Positions 39,034 to 48,100 of a stretch of 56,014 nt of DNA are shown here, in pieces (position 1 is the stretch's first letter; every line of letters begins with the position of its first letter). Where the stretch lies: the IMG/VR virus record IMGVR_UViG_3300049046_000063, positions 1 through 56,014 of that record; one strand, 5' to 3'. The notes beneath the pieces are model-generated. The model saw nothing but the letters and a program-made list of their open reading frames with translations. It searched no databases and was not told where the DNA came from. The stretch is from a virus (taxonomy: Duplodnaviria > Caudoviricetes). The position numbers and the translations under genes were made by a program.

Positions 39034-39525
39034 ATGGCCCTCACCGCCACCATCGGAGGATCCACCTCAAACTCTTACGTCACGCTTACCGAAGCGAATG
39101 ACTATTTTGCTGATCGACTGAATACAACTCAGTGGGATGCCGCAACCAGCGAAACGAAAGAGAAGGCGCTGATCACGGCGACTCGCCGAATCGATGAAGA
39201 GCAGTTCTTTGGGTACAAGGTTTCGACGACTCAGGCGCTCAAATGGCCGCGCTACAACGTCCGTGATGAAGACGGCTTCTTTTTCTTACCTTCCGATTCG
39301 ATTCCCGAACGAGTGAAGCAGGCGGTTTTCGTAACCGCACGAGAACTTTTAAGAGCTGATTTCCTGGATGAAAACTATCTTGACAACCTCCAGTCGATCT
39401 CAGCGGGAAACACGAAGATTGTGCAGTTCAGCCCCCGATCAGCAGGAAGATTGCCTGCCGACGCAATGCGTCTGCTACAGCGCTTTATGACCTCTGGCAA
39501 TGGTGCTCGATTGGTGCGCGCATGA
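39034..39525 (+). CDS. Head-tail adaptor (DnaT-like phage family)
   Basis: NSYVTL.EA..YF..R, KE.ALI.ATR.ID, QAL.WPR, IP..VK.A. Confidence 0.85.
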   Translation: MALTATIGGSTSNSYVTLTEANDYFADRLNTTQWDAATSETKEKALITATRRIDEEQFFGYKVSTTQALKWPRYNVRDEDGFFFLPSDSIPERVKQAVFVTARELLRADFLDENYLDNLQSISAGNTKIVQFSPRSAGRLPADAMRLLQRFMTSGNGARLVRA

Positions 39526-39896
39526 CCACGCCGATCGGCATAGCTTTGAGCCAACTCGCAGGTTTTGGCGACGTGATCTTTGAGAATGTCTATCCGGATG
39601 TTGGCAGAGTCGAAAGGCCGGAATTCAACCCCGCGCCTGAATACTTTCCCATTGCTGATTCGATTGGTTGCTCCTGGGCACCAGCGAGCAAAACAGGGAT
39701 GGAGTACATGCGGGCCGGACAGATCAATGCAGTCGTGGCTTACGAAATAACGATGTCAGGCTCAGTCGATATCAAGCCGCAAGACCGATTCATCGTCGAA
39801 GCTCGAGGGGAAGAGCCCGAACACACATTTGAAGTAAAGGCGATCTTGAGAAACGCAGGCTTGCCAATGACAGTTCTTTGCACACTGGAAGGATAG
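39522..39896 (+). CDS. Head closure protein
   Basis: Size, position and DI...DR...FEV motif. Confidence 0.65.
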   Translation: MTTPIGIALSQLAGFGDVIFENVYPDVGRVERPEFNPAPEYFPIADSIGCSWAPASKTGMEYMRAGQINAVVAYEITMSGSVDIKPQDRFIVEARGEEPEHTFEVKAILRNAGLPMTVLCTLEG

Positions 39897-40220
39897 ATGT
39901 CAGTTCAATCGAAAAATAATCTTCCGCGCATTCAGGTCAACGTTCAAAAGGCGTTGTCCCAATTGATCCGCAGGACTGCTTTTGCAATTGAGGCGCGGGC
40001 GAAACAGTTAGCGCCTGTTGATACCGGACTCCTGCGCAATTCAATACAGACAGAGATGAAGGGGCCATTGAAAGCGACCGTCGGCACCAATGTTGAATAC
40101 GCGGAGTATCAGGAATTTGGGACGCGACACCAAAAAGGAACGCCGTTCTTAACTCCCGCCTTTGATGAGGAAGTCTCGAAATTTACGAAGCAGGTGATTG
40201 ATTTGAAGATTGGCAATTGA
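39897..40220 (+). CDS. HK97 gp10-like neck protein
   Basis: APVDTG.LRNSI, YA.Y.EFGT, PFL.PA. Confidence 0.92.
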   Translation: MSVQSKNNLPRIQVNVQKALSQLIRRTAFAIEARAKQLAPVDTGLLRNSIQTEMKGPLKATVGTNVEYAEYQEFGTRHQKGTPFLTPAFDEEVSKFTKQVIDLKIGN

Positions 40221-40236
40221 AAGGTCTTTGAGATAG

Positions 40237-40656
40237 ATGGGCCACGAAGCAGCAGCCGCAAAACTCGCAGTCGAAGCAGTGTTGCCGGGCACCTTCTTTG
40301 AGTCGGCGCCACAAAACGCCGGAGTGCCGTTCAAGGTCTGCCGACAGCGCAGTCCGGGCACGGACTCACAGGTTATTGGCGGCGTCCGCGCCATGACCTC
40401 TCCGCTTGTCGATGTTGGTATCTGGGTCGAATGGAATCCTTACTCAGATGTAGCGCAAGCCGGCGCAAAGGAAATTGACGACGCTATGGAGTCGCTCAGC
40501 AGTTACCAGGTGACCGACGCGAACGGAGATGTTTGGGAAGTCAGTTCACGAAGCGAAGGCGGCGCTTGGATCAGAGAAGAAGTGGATCTTAAAGCCGGTG
40601 GCAAGAAGTTCTATTGGGTAGGCAGAAGCTATCGCCTCTCAATTTCAGCAGCGTAA
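40237..40656 (+). CDS. Tail terminator
   Basis: Size and position after the gp10-like gene. Confidence 0.6.
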   Translation: MGHEAAAAKLAVEAVLPGTFFESAPQNAGVPFKVCRQRSPGTDSQVIGGVRAMTSPLVDVGIWVEWNPYSDVAQAGAKEIDDAMESLSSYQVTDANGDVWEVSSRSEGGAWIREEVDLKAGGKKFYWVGRSYRLSISAA

Positions 40657-40671
40657 AGAAGGAGATAGAAA

Positions 40672-41073
40672 TTGGCTTACACACATACATGGGGACTCAC
40701 ATTCAGGTCTGGCGGGCAAAGCGTCTCGTCTACCACTGAGACCGTAACCGCATCGGGCGAGGCAAACATTTCTGAAACGATCCCACTGGACTCTGAGGAT
40801 TTCGTGATCAATATGGCGATCGATATTTCGGTGCTCAAGTCGATCTTCATGCTGGCGTCGAAAGATATGACGCTTTACACCAACGATGATCACGACGGCA
40901 CTCCGGCCCACACAATCGAATTGAAAGCCGGCCAAGCGCTCAGGTGGACCGTTAACAGTGCCGAGGCGAGCCCCTTCGCTGCCGATCCGGCGGACGTGAC
41001 TGATGTTCGTGTCACCAATGTTGGCGCGGCCGGTACGCTGCAAATCTGGACGCTGCAAGACGCTACTCCGTAA
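40672..41073 (+). CDS. Virion structural protein, unknown function
   Basis: AAGGAG RBS with TTG start; beta-rich. Confidence 0.55.
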   Translation: MAYTHTWGLTFRSGGQSVSSTTETVTASGEANISETIPLDSEDFVINMAIDISVLKSIFMLASKDMTLYTNDDHDGTPAHTIELKAGQALRWTVNSAEASPFAADPADVTDVRVTNVGAAGTLQIWTLQDATP

Positions 41074-41349
41074 TGAGACACGTTTGCCCGAAATGCGCTT
41101 TGTCCTATCGGCACGCACCCGGTCTTAACGAACACAAAAGGGTCGGCTGTCGCGTTGACTCCGCTAAGGGTGAGTCGCTCATAGCTGAAGACGTGGAAGA
41201 AGAACTCGAGCAACCATTCGGGACTCCGTCACCGGTCGAGACCGATGCGGCCTCACTAGAATTTTCAGGCTACGCGAACTCACCCGAACCTGAACCGCAA
41301 GAATAACTAACCGCCCGCCTCACGGGCACTCACAAAAGGAATCCTCACT

Positions 41350-42339
41350 ATGAGTCGCGCAGATGTAAATATTGTTAGTCAACTCGGAGTAGAAACCACT
41401 CCCGGTACTCAGGTTGCTGGAGACTTGCGGCTTCCCTCAGTCGATATTGAGATCTCTCCCGAGCACCAAAAGCAGTTCTACCGCGGCGCCGGATACAAGT
41501 TCAACACGATCGGCGTGATGAATAAAAGCTGGTCCGTAGGTTCCTTCAAAGGCCCGCTGAACTTCACTGAACTAGCAGTCATCCTGTCGAGCTATTCCAA
41601 CTATGCCGCGCCTTCGAACGTCGGCACCGGTGGCAAAGGCTGGACGTTTAGTCCGGGCATTGGTGGCACGGCTGACATATTCAAAACCTTTACGATTGAA
41701 CGCGGTGACTCTACCTCGGCAGCCGTGGCAACGAACGCCTTCTTTAATTCACTTGATATTGAGATTACTCGCGAGAGCGGAAACATTTCAGGTGAAGTGA
41801 TCGCAAAGGCTTTCGAAGTTGGGCAATCGCTGACTGCTTCGCCAACTACGCTGGCTAACACTCCGGTCGCGATGGGTGACATGTCGCTGTTTCTTGATGC
41901 GGCCTCCGCTGACTTGGGCGAAACGCAGTTGGCGAAGGTGTACCGAGTCTCGATCAAGCTGCCGAAGAAGTACGAGCTTGAATGGTGTCTTGATGCCACA
42001 GAAACAAGCTGGTCCGACACCGTAGAACAGGCCATGACGCCCAAGCTCACTTTCGAGGCGCAGTTCACCTCACAGATGGAAACCCTCTATTCCGCGCTGA
42101 AAGCGGACAACGTTGACAACTATTTCCTCAGAGCGCTGGCTGTCGGTAACAACATCGGCGCTGGCGCGGATTACACCTTCCAGGGCGACTTCGCGTTGCA
42201 GTTCACGGATGCGAAAGAACAGAGAAAAGGTAACGGCGATGTCTATGCCTACACGTTTGAATTCGAGATCATGGCCGATCCGACCTGGGGCAAGGCATGG
42301 GAGATTTACCTCGTTAACGCTCTTGCCGATTACGCTTAA
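41350..42339 (+). CDS. Tail tube (major tail) protein
   Basis: QLGVETTPGT N-terminus, TFTIERG; precedes chaperone and TMP. Confidence 0.85.
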   Translation: MSRADVNIVSQLGVETTPGTQVAGDLRLPSVDIEISPEHQKQFYRGAGYKFNTIGVMNKSWSVGSFKGPLNFTELAVILSSYSNYAAPSNVGTGGKGWTFSPGIGGTADIFKTFTIERGDSTSAAVATNAFFNSLDIEITRESGNISGEVIAKAFEVGQSLTASPTTLANTPVAMGDMSLFLDAASADLGETQLAKVYRVSIKLPKKYELEWCLDATETSWSDTVEQAMTPKLTFEAQFTSQMETLYSALKADNVDNYFLRALAVGNNIGAGADYTFQGDFALQFTDAKEQRKGNGDVYAYTFEFEIMADPTWGKAWEIYLVNALADYA

Positions 42340-42423
42340 TTCTCAACTTACCTGACTGACCAACTCCCGGCGGGCGATTCGAAAACAAATCGGACGCCCG
42401 CCAATTTACTAAAAGGAACCTCA

Positions 42424-43013
42424 ATGGCGATTAAGATTTCCTCACTCATGAAACCGCGGCGGGACGGCAAGGCCGAGTTCACTTACGTTGCCGACGATGG
42501 CGAAATCCGAACCGAAGAAATCCCGATCTCTTTCCTCAAACCAACTGAAGAGCTTTGGGATGAACTTGTCGCAATGGAAAAGAGCGTAGGCGCAGACGAA
42601 GAGGCGCAAAAGGGTTTGTTTGTGCGCCGCCTGGTCCGCGTTGAGATTCAGAGCACCGCAATCGTTGAAGATGACGGCCGACCTTACAACATCACGGATG
42701 ATGATCTACGTGCGCTTGACTACATGCAAGTGGCCCAACTTTGGGAGGGAGTTAAGACCCATTTTTTTCTCCGGACGCCAGCGTCGATGTCCGAGACGAA
42801 TACGAACTCTACCTCAGAACCGGCGTCGGCGGCTTAGGTTCCTGCCCCTGGTACGAACCATTTGTTGATCTCGGTCTGATGTTTCATCGGCCACCCGAAG
42901 AAATTTATGCAGGATGGGACAAGGTTTGGTTGGACCGGACGAGAGTGATTTTGCAAGGGCGGCAGCAAGCAGCAATTGATACCACTGAAAAGAAATCCTT
43001 AGATGGCGATTAA
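42424..43013 (+). CDS. Tail assembly chaperone G (42424-42837) with -1 frameshift extension GT (to 43013)
   Basis: Slippery T TTT TTT at ~42762-42768; the -1 frame stays open (SPDASVDVRDEYELYLR...SLDGD*) up to the TMP start. Confidence 0.8.
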
Positions 43014-45993
43014 AGCATTCGAACTGTTTGGCGATATTGAGTTACGCACTGCGAAGCTCAAGACAGGCATGCGCGAGGCCAACAAAGACTTCGACAGCCT
43101 CCGGACTAAAGCCAAGTCAACAGTCGACGGCGTCGAACGAGACCTCGGCCGCATGGCTAAGTTCAAAACCGGACTCAACCAGGGCTTCATGTCGTCTTTT
43201 GGCATTCAGGGCGGCGGCGGTTTTGGCTCACTGATTGGCAATGCAGCAGGAAATCTATTGCAGACCGGCGTTAAGGCTCTGACCGGAGTCGTCAAGGACG
43301 CCGCGCAGCAGGGGCTTGATTACGCCGACATGCTGCAAAGAACAAAGATCGGTTTCATCAATTTACTCGGTGATAAAGAAAAGGGCTTGTCTCACGTTCG
43401 CGAACTCGTGAAGTACGGCGTCGAGTCGTCTTTTGAAACTGCGGACGTGTTGAAATTCGCTAACAGCTTGGAAGCGCTAAAGGTGAAGACCTCGGAAGTG
43501 ATTCCGATGCTCGAGGGTTTGGGCGGTTGGGCGGCGGGCGCTGGCAACTTCGACAAAATGCAGAACGCCGTGATGGCGATCACGCAGATGCTTTCAAAGA
43601 ATAAAGTATCAGCGGAAGAGATGAATCAACAGCTCGCAGAAGTCACTCCGGATCCTTACGGCATGATGATGCGCGGCTATGAATCGGCCGGTTACAAGTT
43701 CAAGGACCGGGGTGAATTCCAGGCAAAGGCTGAAGGCGGTGAACTGAACGCGCAAGTCGCAGTGCGGTTGATGCTGGCGCAGGCGCGCAAGGAAAAAGGT
43801 TCGCTGCTTGAAGAGATCGTTGGTGGGACCATCCAAGGTCAAACAGCAATTCTCAACGACAAAAGGTCGATGCTTTACGCGCTGGGCATGATGGGTGTCG
43901 ATGATCTCGTCGCCGATCCAACTGAAGCGAGCGCGTATGCGGCAAAGAAGCGCAATATCGCAACCCTTTCAAATCTCTATGATCCACAAAAGAGCCCGCA
44001 AGCATTAAAGATTGCGCAGAACCTCGGAGCGGGCGCGTCAAACATCTTCAAGGTCGAAGACTTCCTTGAGTCGCAGACTTTCGCCGAAGACAACTTTGGC
44101 GACACGCTTCGATCAGCCGTGTCCGGAGACTGGAAAGGCGCCGAAGAGAGTTTTAAGAAGATGGCCACTACTCTCGGCGGCTACATTCCCCAAGGCTTGA
44201 AAGATGGTATTGCAGCCGGAGCTTCGGCAGTCAGCGATACAGCAACGTCGGTTATGGGTTCAAGTGTTTGGGATTCGCTTTCGGCGTTTTGGGAAACGAA
44301 TTCACCTTCGGAAAGAGCCAAGAGATTAGGAAGATGGATTCGCGAGGGCTTCGACCTCGGAATGAACAAGCAGCAGGCAGGCAACTACGCCAACATGAAG
44401 GCTCTGTCTGAGAAGGATCCGGAGTTTCTCCGGACGCTCGGAATTGAAGCCGGCAAACGCGGCGTGAATCCCGATGACATGCTCAACCTGATTGGCATTG
44501 AGTCGAGTTTCAACAAGTCCGTGATGAACAAGTGGGGTTACGGCGGGCTCTCGCAAGTCGGACGGAAAGAACGAGCATCCATCGGCTTTGAGAACATGAG
44601 CGATGCCGAGTTTCAGAAACTACTCGCAGAGAAAAGCGCGTCTTGGCAACTTTCCAATGTGACGTTTCCACTCCTTGATCAGAAGCTTCGCGAAAACCCA
44701 CATGTTCGTAGCGGCGGAATTACAGGCGCGGAACTTTACGCAATGTGGGGCTCAGGCCATGCGACTGGCGATCCGAACGCTGTGCACATGGCGAAGGGCG
44801 GCAAACGAGCGGCGGCCTATGCCAACAATCCTCTTTGGGACGTAAACAAAGATGGCGTCGTCCGTGAAGCTGAGTTTGGACAAGCAGCAATGGCATCGCT
44901 GGGCGCAGGCAGGGCTTTTTCGGTCAACGGGCAGGCGGCGGTATCGCAATCGAATCCGATGCCGGTCACTATCATTGACGCTGGCAATGGCGTTGACTTT
45001 CGTAGTGGACCTTCGTTTTACAACACCGCCGATCCGGAAATGACGCGTCGTGCGGATGCGGCGCGAGGTATGTACGCCTCACGTCGCGCAGCGCAATCAC
45101 AGAAATCCGGAACCATCAACGACTCCGTTCCTGTAAATGTCGACGTGTTAATTCAGAAAACAGAGCAGCCGCTAAAGACGTTCGCCATAGTGCTCAACGA
45201 AAACGCGCTGCAACTTAAAAAGCTGACTCCGCTTTTGGGTGATGCCGCAACCGCGGCAGCAGGTGTGGTCGATCCATTCAAAGCGATCGATCAGGAATTC
45301 GGCGGCGGCTTCGTCACAAAGAAGGGTGATAAGAAGAAGAAACGCGACAAGCTCTTCGGTGAGGCTTTGACTTGGGAAGGTGCGGCAGGCGATTTTCAAG
45401 GCGGCTTGCAGTCCGCACTGATGGACCCGTTCAAAAAAGAATCGTGGGGAAACTTTGGAATGGGTTTCCTGAAAGACATCCAAGGCCGGGCTGCACACGA
45501 TCTCAGCTCGTCGATCACACAACTCTTGTTTGGCGGCCGGAAAGATCCGAACGATCCTTCGAGCGGTCTGACTGGTGGACTGTTTGGATCGCTATTCGGT
45601 GGCTTCCTGGGCGGCAGCAAGAAGGGCTGGGGCGACTTCAAGTTGCCCTCGATCGGCGGCGTCGATGCTGGGAGTGGCGGCGGCGGCTTTGGTGGATTCT
45701 TCGCAAAGCTGTTCGGCTCAATCTTCGGCGGCTTTCGAGAATCAGGTGGTGGAATGTCAGCCGGACGGTTTTATGTCGCTGGCGAACGCGGGCCTGAGAT
45801 CGTCGCTGGTCCAGGACACGTCTACAACGCAAGTCAAACGCGGCAAATGATGTCAGGAGGCGGTGGTGGGCGTGAACAGCGGTTCATCTTCGTCGACAGT
45901 GAGCGCGAAGCTCAACGGCATCGCTCAGCGCGCGCCGACAACTTCATTATGCAGTGGCGTGCTAATCGCCACATCATCAGCCGGTTCACCTAA
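43003..45993 (+). CDS. Tape measure protein with embedded lysozyme/SLT-like domain
   Basis: AITQM.SK.KV.AEEM.QQL tape motif; LIGIESSFN...GLSQ lysozyme-like motif; VAGERGPEI C-terminus. Confidence 0.92.
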   Translation: MAIKAFELFGDIELRTAKLKTGMREANKDFDSLRTKAKSTVDGVERDLGRMAKFKTGLNQGFMSSFGIQGGGGFGSLIGNAAGNLLQTGVKALTGVVKDAAQQGLDYADMLQRTKIGFINLLGDKEKGLSHVRELVKYGVESSFETADVLKFANSLEALKVKTSEVIPMLEGLGGWAAGAGNFDKMQNAVMAITQMLSKNKVSAEEMNQQLAEVTPDPYGMMMRGYESAGYKFKDRGEFQAKAEGGELNAQVAVRLMLAQARKEKGSLLEEIVGGTIQGQTAILNDKRSMLYALGMMGVDDLVADPTEASAYAAKKRNIATLSNLYDPQKSPQALKIAQNLGAGASNIFKVEDFLESQTFAEDNFGDTLRSAVSGDWKGAEESFKKMATTLGGYIPQGLKDGIAAGASAVSDTATSVMGSSVWDSLSAFWETNSPSERAKRLGRWIREGFDLGMNKQQAGNYANMKALSEKDPEFLRTLGIEAGKRGVNPDDMLNLIGIESSFNKSVMNKWGYGGLSQVGRKERASIGFENMSDAEFQKLLAEKSASWQLSNVTFPLLDQKLRENPHVRSGGITGAELYAMWGSGHATGDPNAVHMAKGGKRAAAYANNPLWDVNKDGVVREAEFGQAAMASLGAGRAFSVNGQAAVSQSNPMPVTIIDAGNGVDFRSGPSFYNTADPEMTRRADAARGMYASRRAAQSQKSGTINDSVPVNVDVLIQKTEQPLKTFAIVLNENALQLKKLTPLLGDAATAAAGVVDPFKAIDQEFGGGFVTKKGDKKKKRDKLFGEALTWEGAAGDFQGGLQSALMDPFKKESWGNFGMGFLKDIQGRAAHDLSSSITQLLFGGRKDPNDPSSGLTGGLFGSLFGGFLGGSKKGWGDFKLPSIGGVDAGSGGGGFGGFFAKLFGSIFGGFRESGGGMSAGRFYVAGERGPEIVAGPGHVYNASQTRQMMSGGGGGREQRFIFVDSEREAQRHRSARADNFIMQWRANRHIISRFT

Positions 45994-45999
45994 AACCTC

Positions 46000-47241
46000 A
46001 TGCCTGTAGTTTTTCCTTTTCTTCACAACTGGGAACAAATGATCGGAGGCGGCTCTGTGCCGGTGGTAGAACGACTGGAGTTTCTCACCGACATCATGCC
46101 TGCGCATAAAGATTACGAGCAGCGCGTAGCCAACAGACCGTATGGTCCGCGGCGTATCTTCGAGTATCAAATTCCATTACCAGACGCGCGCTCGCGCCAG
46201 ATCTTTAACAACGTAACTTTTACTCCGAACCAGTCCTACTACGTGCCGGTCTGTTCGGATCTGACTTTAACCACTGGAACGGCGACGGACTCCGGAGTCG
46301 ATCTGGCCGCGCAATACAGAGACTTTGACACTGACGGGTTTGCGATGCTTTGGTCAAATCCCTGGACTTACGACTTTGTAACGATTGAGGGCACAACCTC
46401 AACCTCTATTTCTTACACAACGACGCTGGCAAACAGTTGGCCCGAGGGGTCAGTAATAGTGCCGATGCGGCGCGCGTATCTTGAGCAGAAAGTTCCCGGA
46501 CGGCACCACGCGTCGAACATCGAAACCGTGTCGTGTGAGTTTCACGTGCTTGCTGAAGAGTTATCTACTAACAGATACAAAACCTACTCGCGAAGCGCTC
46601 ACAAGGGTTTCTATCAGTTTGACTTTGCCAAAGCGTCCGTCAGCTGGGTAGATGAAAAGCCATACACGATCGAGTATCGCGGTGCCAACATTGATTTTGA
46701 ATCCGGGGTCTTTTCGCAGCGAAGTCAGGACACGGGACCATCGAAAACTATGCGTGTCCGCGTTCTCTTCGATACTCGAGCGGACATGGGCGAGTTCCTT
46801 GACTGGCTTCGACAAGTCAGAGGGCGGCAAAAACTCACCTGGGTTCCGTCCTACCAGTCTGACCTTGCTTATGTTTCCGGAACCGGATTCTCCATTAAGG
46901 TTCGGGATGATGGTTACTTGAATGTTTGGGAGGCGTCACCAACTCACCGAGAGATCAAAGCCTTCTATACCGCTATATCTGGTTTCGCCGCACAAACGAC
47001 GTCAGCCAAAGACGCAGACACTGACGGATCCAATGGCGTGGACTTAACGCTTTCCGCAACCGTCATCGGCGCAAGTATTGAGTTCATCTCGTTTCTTCAT
47101 CTCTGCCGCCTTAATTCCGACACCGTTGAACTGCAATGGCACTCGCGCGGCAGACTGCTCGAAGTAATGCTCGAGTTCAAAGAGGTTCAGCGTTCCGAAC
47201 GCCTCGATTCCGCTAATACGATCCTTGGACACCCGCTCTAA
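46000..47241 (+). CDS. Distal tail-type protein
   Basis: NW...V.ERLEFLTDI....EQR; RGR....WVPS; RL.SD.VEL. Confidence 0.75.
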   Translation: MPVVFPFLHNWEQMIGGGSVPVVERLEFLTDIMPAHKDYEQRVANRPYGPRRIFEYQIPLPDARSRQIFNNVTFTPNQSYYVPVCSDLTLTTGTATDSGVDLAAQYRDFDTDGFAMLWSNPWTYDFVTIEGTTSTSISYTTTLANSWPEGSVIVPMRRAYLEQKVPGRHHASNIETVSCEFHVLAEELSTNRYKTYSRSAHKGFYQFDFAKASVSWVDEKPYTIEYRGANIDFESGVFSQRSQDTGPSKTMRVRVLFDTRADMGEFLDWLRQVRGRQKLTWVPSYQSDLAYVSGTGFSIKVRDDGYLNVWEASPTHREIKAFYTAISGFAAQTTSAKDADTDGSNGVDLTLSATVIGASIEFISFLHLCRLNSDTVELQWHSRGRLLEVMLEFKEVQRSERLDSANTILGHPL

Positions 47242-47251
47242 GGACTGATCA

Positions 47252-48100
47252 ATGCCAACAACTTTCGAAAAACAAGAAGACACTGGCGGAAAGATAGAAC
47301 TGTTTCGCTTCGTGGTTACCAACGAAGCTGGGACAACTGAGTATACCTATGCTGGCGCAGGGGCAGGCCCGGAAACTGTTACTCGAACGATCAGCGGAGA
47401 CGATATCGACTTCATCCCGATCGAGGTCAGCAGTCCTGATCTTGAAACGGTGCGCGCAGGGCAGGAAGGCGAGATTGAATTTAATGTCGCTTTCGACAAC
47501 GCGATCGCGCAACTGAACATTGACCTACCCCACCCGGCGCCAATCGCGCTCACGATTTACCACACGCATTACGGTGACACGGGACACGATGTTGTCTGGA
47601 CCGGAGTTGTCACCGCGGTTGACCTGAAAGGTCTTATGGCGACCGTGCGATGTGAATCCCACTTGGCGCGGCTCCGTAAACGAGGCTTGCAATATGAATG
47701 CGGCAAGAACTGCCAGTACTCACCGTATAGCCCTCCCTGTCCGCTCACACGCGCCGCAAACGCGCAAACCTTAACAGTCACCGCAGGAGAAGGAACAAAC
47801 GAACTGACGGTCACCGGCTACTCAGGAGATCTAACCGGGGGCGAGATTAAGACGGCGAACGGCGACGGCCGCGACATTCAATTGCATTCCGGCGGCACGC
47901 TGACTTTGTACGCGCGCTTTCCAATTTCATCGCTCGAGGATGGCGAGTCTGTAACGGCATATCCGTCATGTGACCTCACCTTCACCGGCAACGCCAGGAG
48001 TTGCGACACGTTCCCGGAAACTGACGATGGACGCCTCTTCGGTGGTTATCCACACGTTCCGCCAGAAGGCAAAGATCCCCAAGAACACGGACTCTCATAA
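47252..48100 (+). CDS. Baseplate hub (BR0599/DUF2163 family)
   Basis: ELFRF, C.Y..Y...C, YP.CD.T...C..F...FGGYP.VP. Confidence 0.85.
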   Translation: MPTTFEKQEDTGGKIELFRFVVTNEAGTTEYTYAGAGAGPETVTRTISGDDIDFIPIEVSSPDLETVRAGQEGEIEFNVAFDNAIAQLNIDLPHPAPIALTIYHTHYGDTGHDVVWTGVVTAVDLKGLMATVRCESHLARLRKRGLQYECGKNCQYSPYSPPCPLTRAANAQTLTVTAGEGTNELTVTGYSGDLTGGEIKTANGDGRDIQLHSGGTLTLYARFPISSLEDGESVTAYPSCDLTFTGNARSCDTFPETDDGRLFGGYPHVPPEGKDPQEHGLS

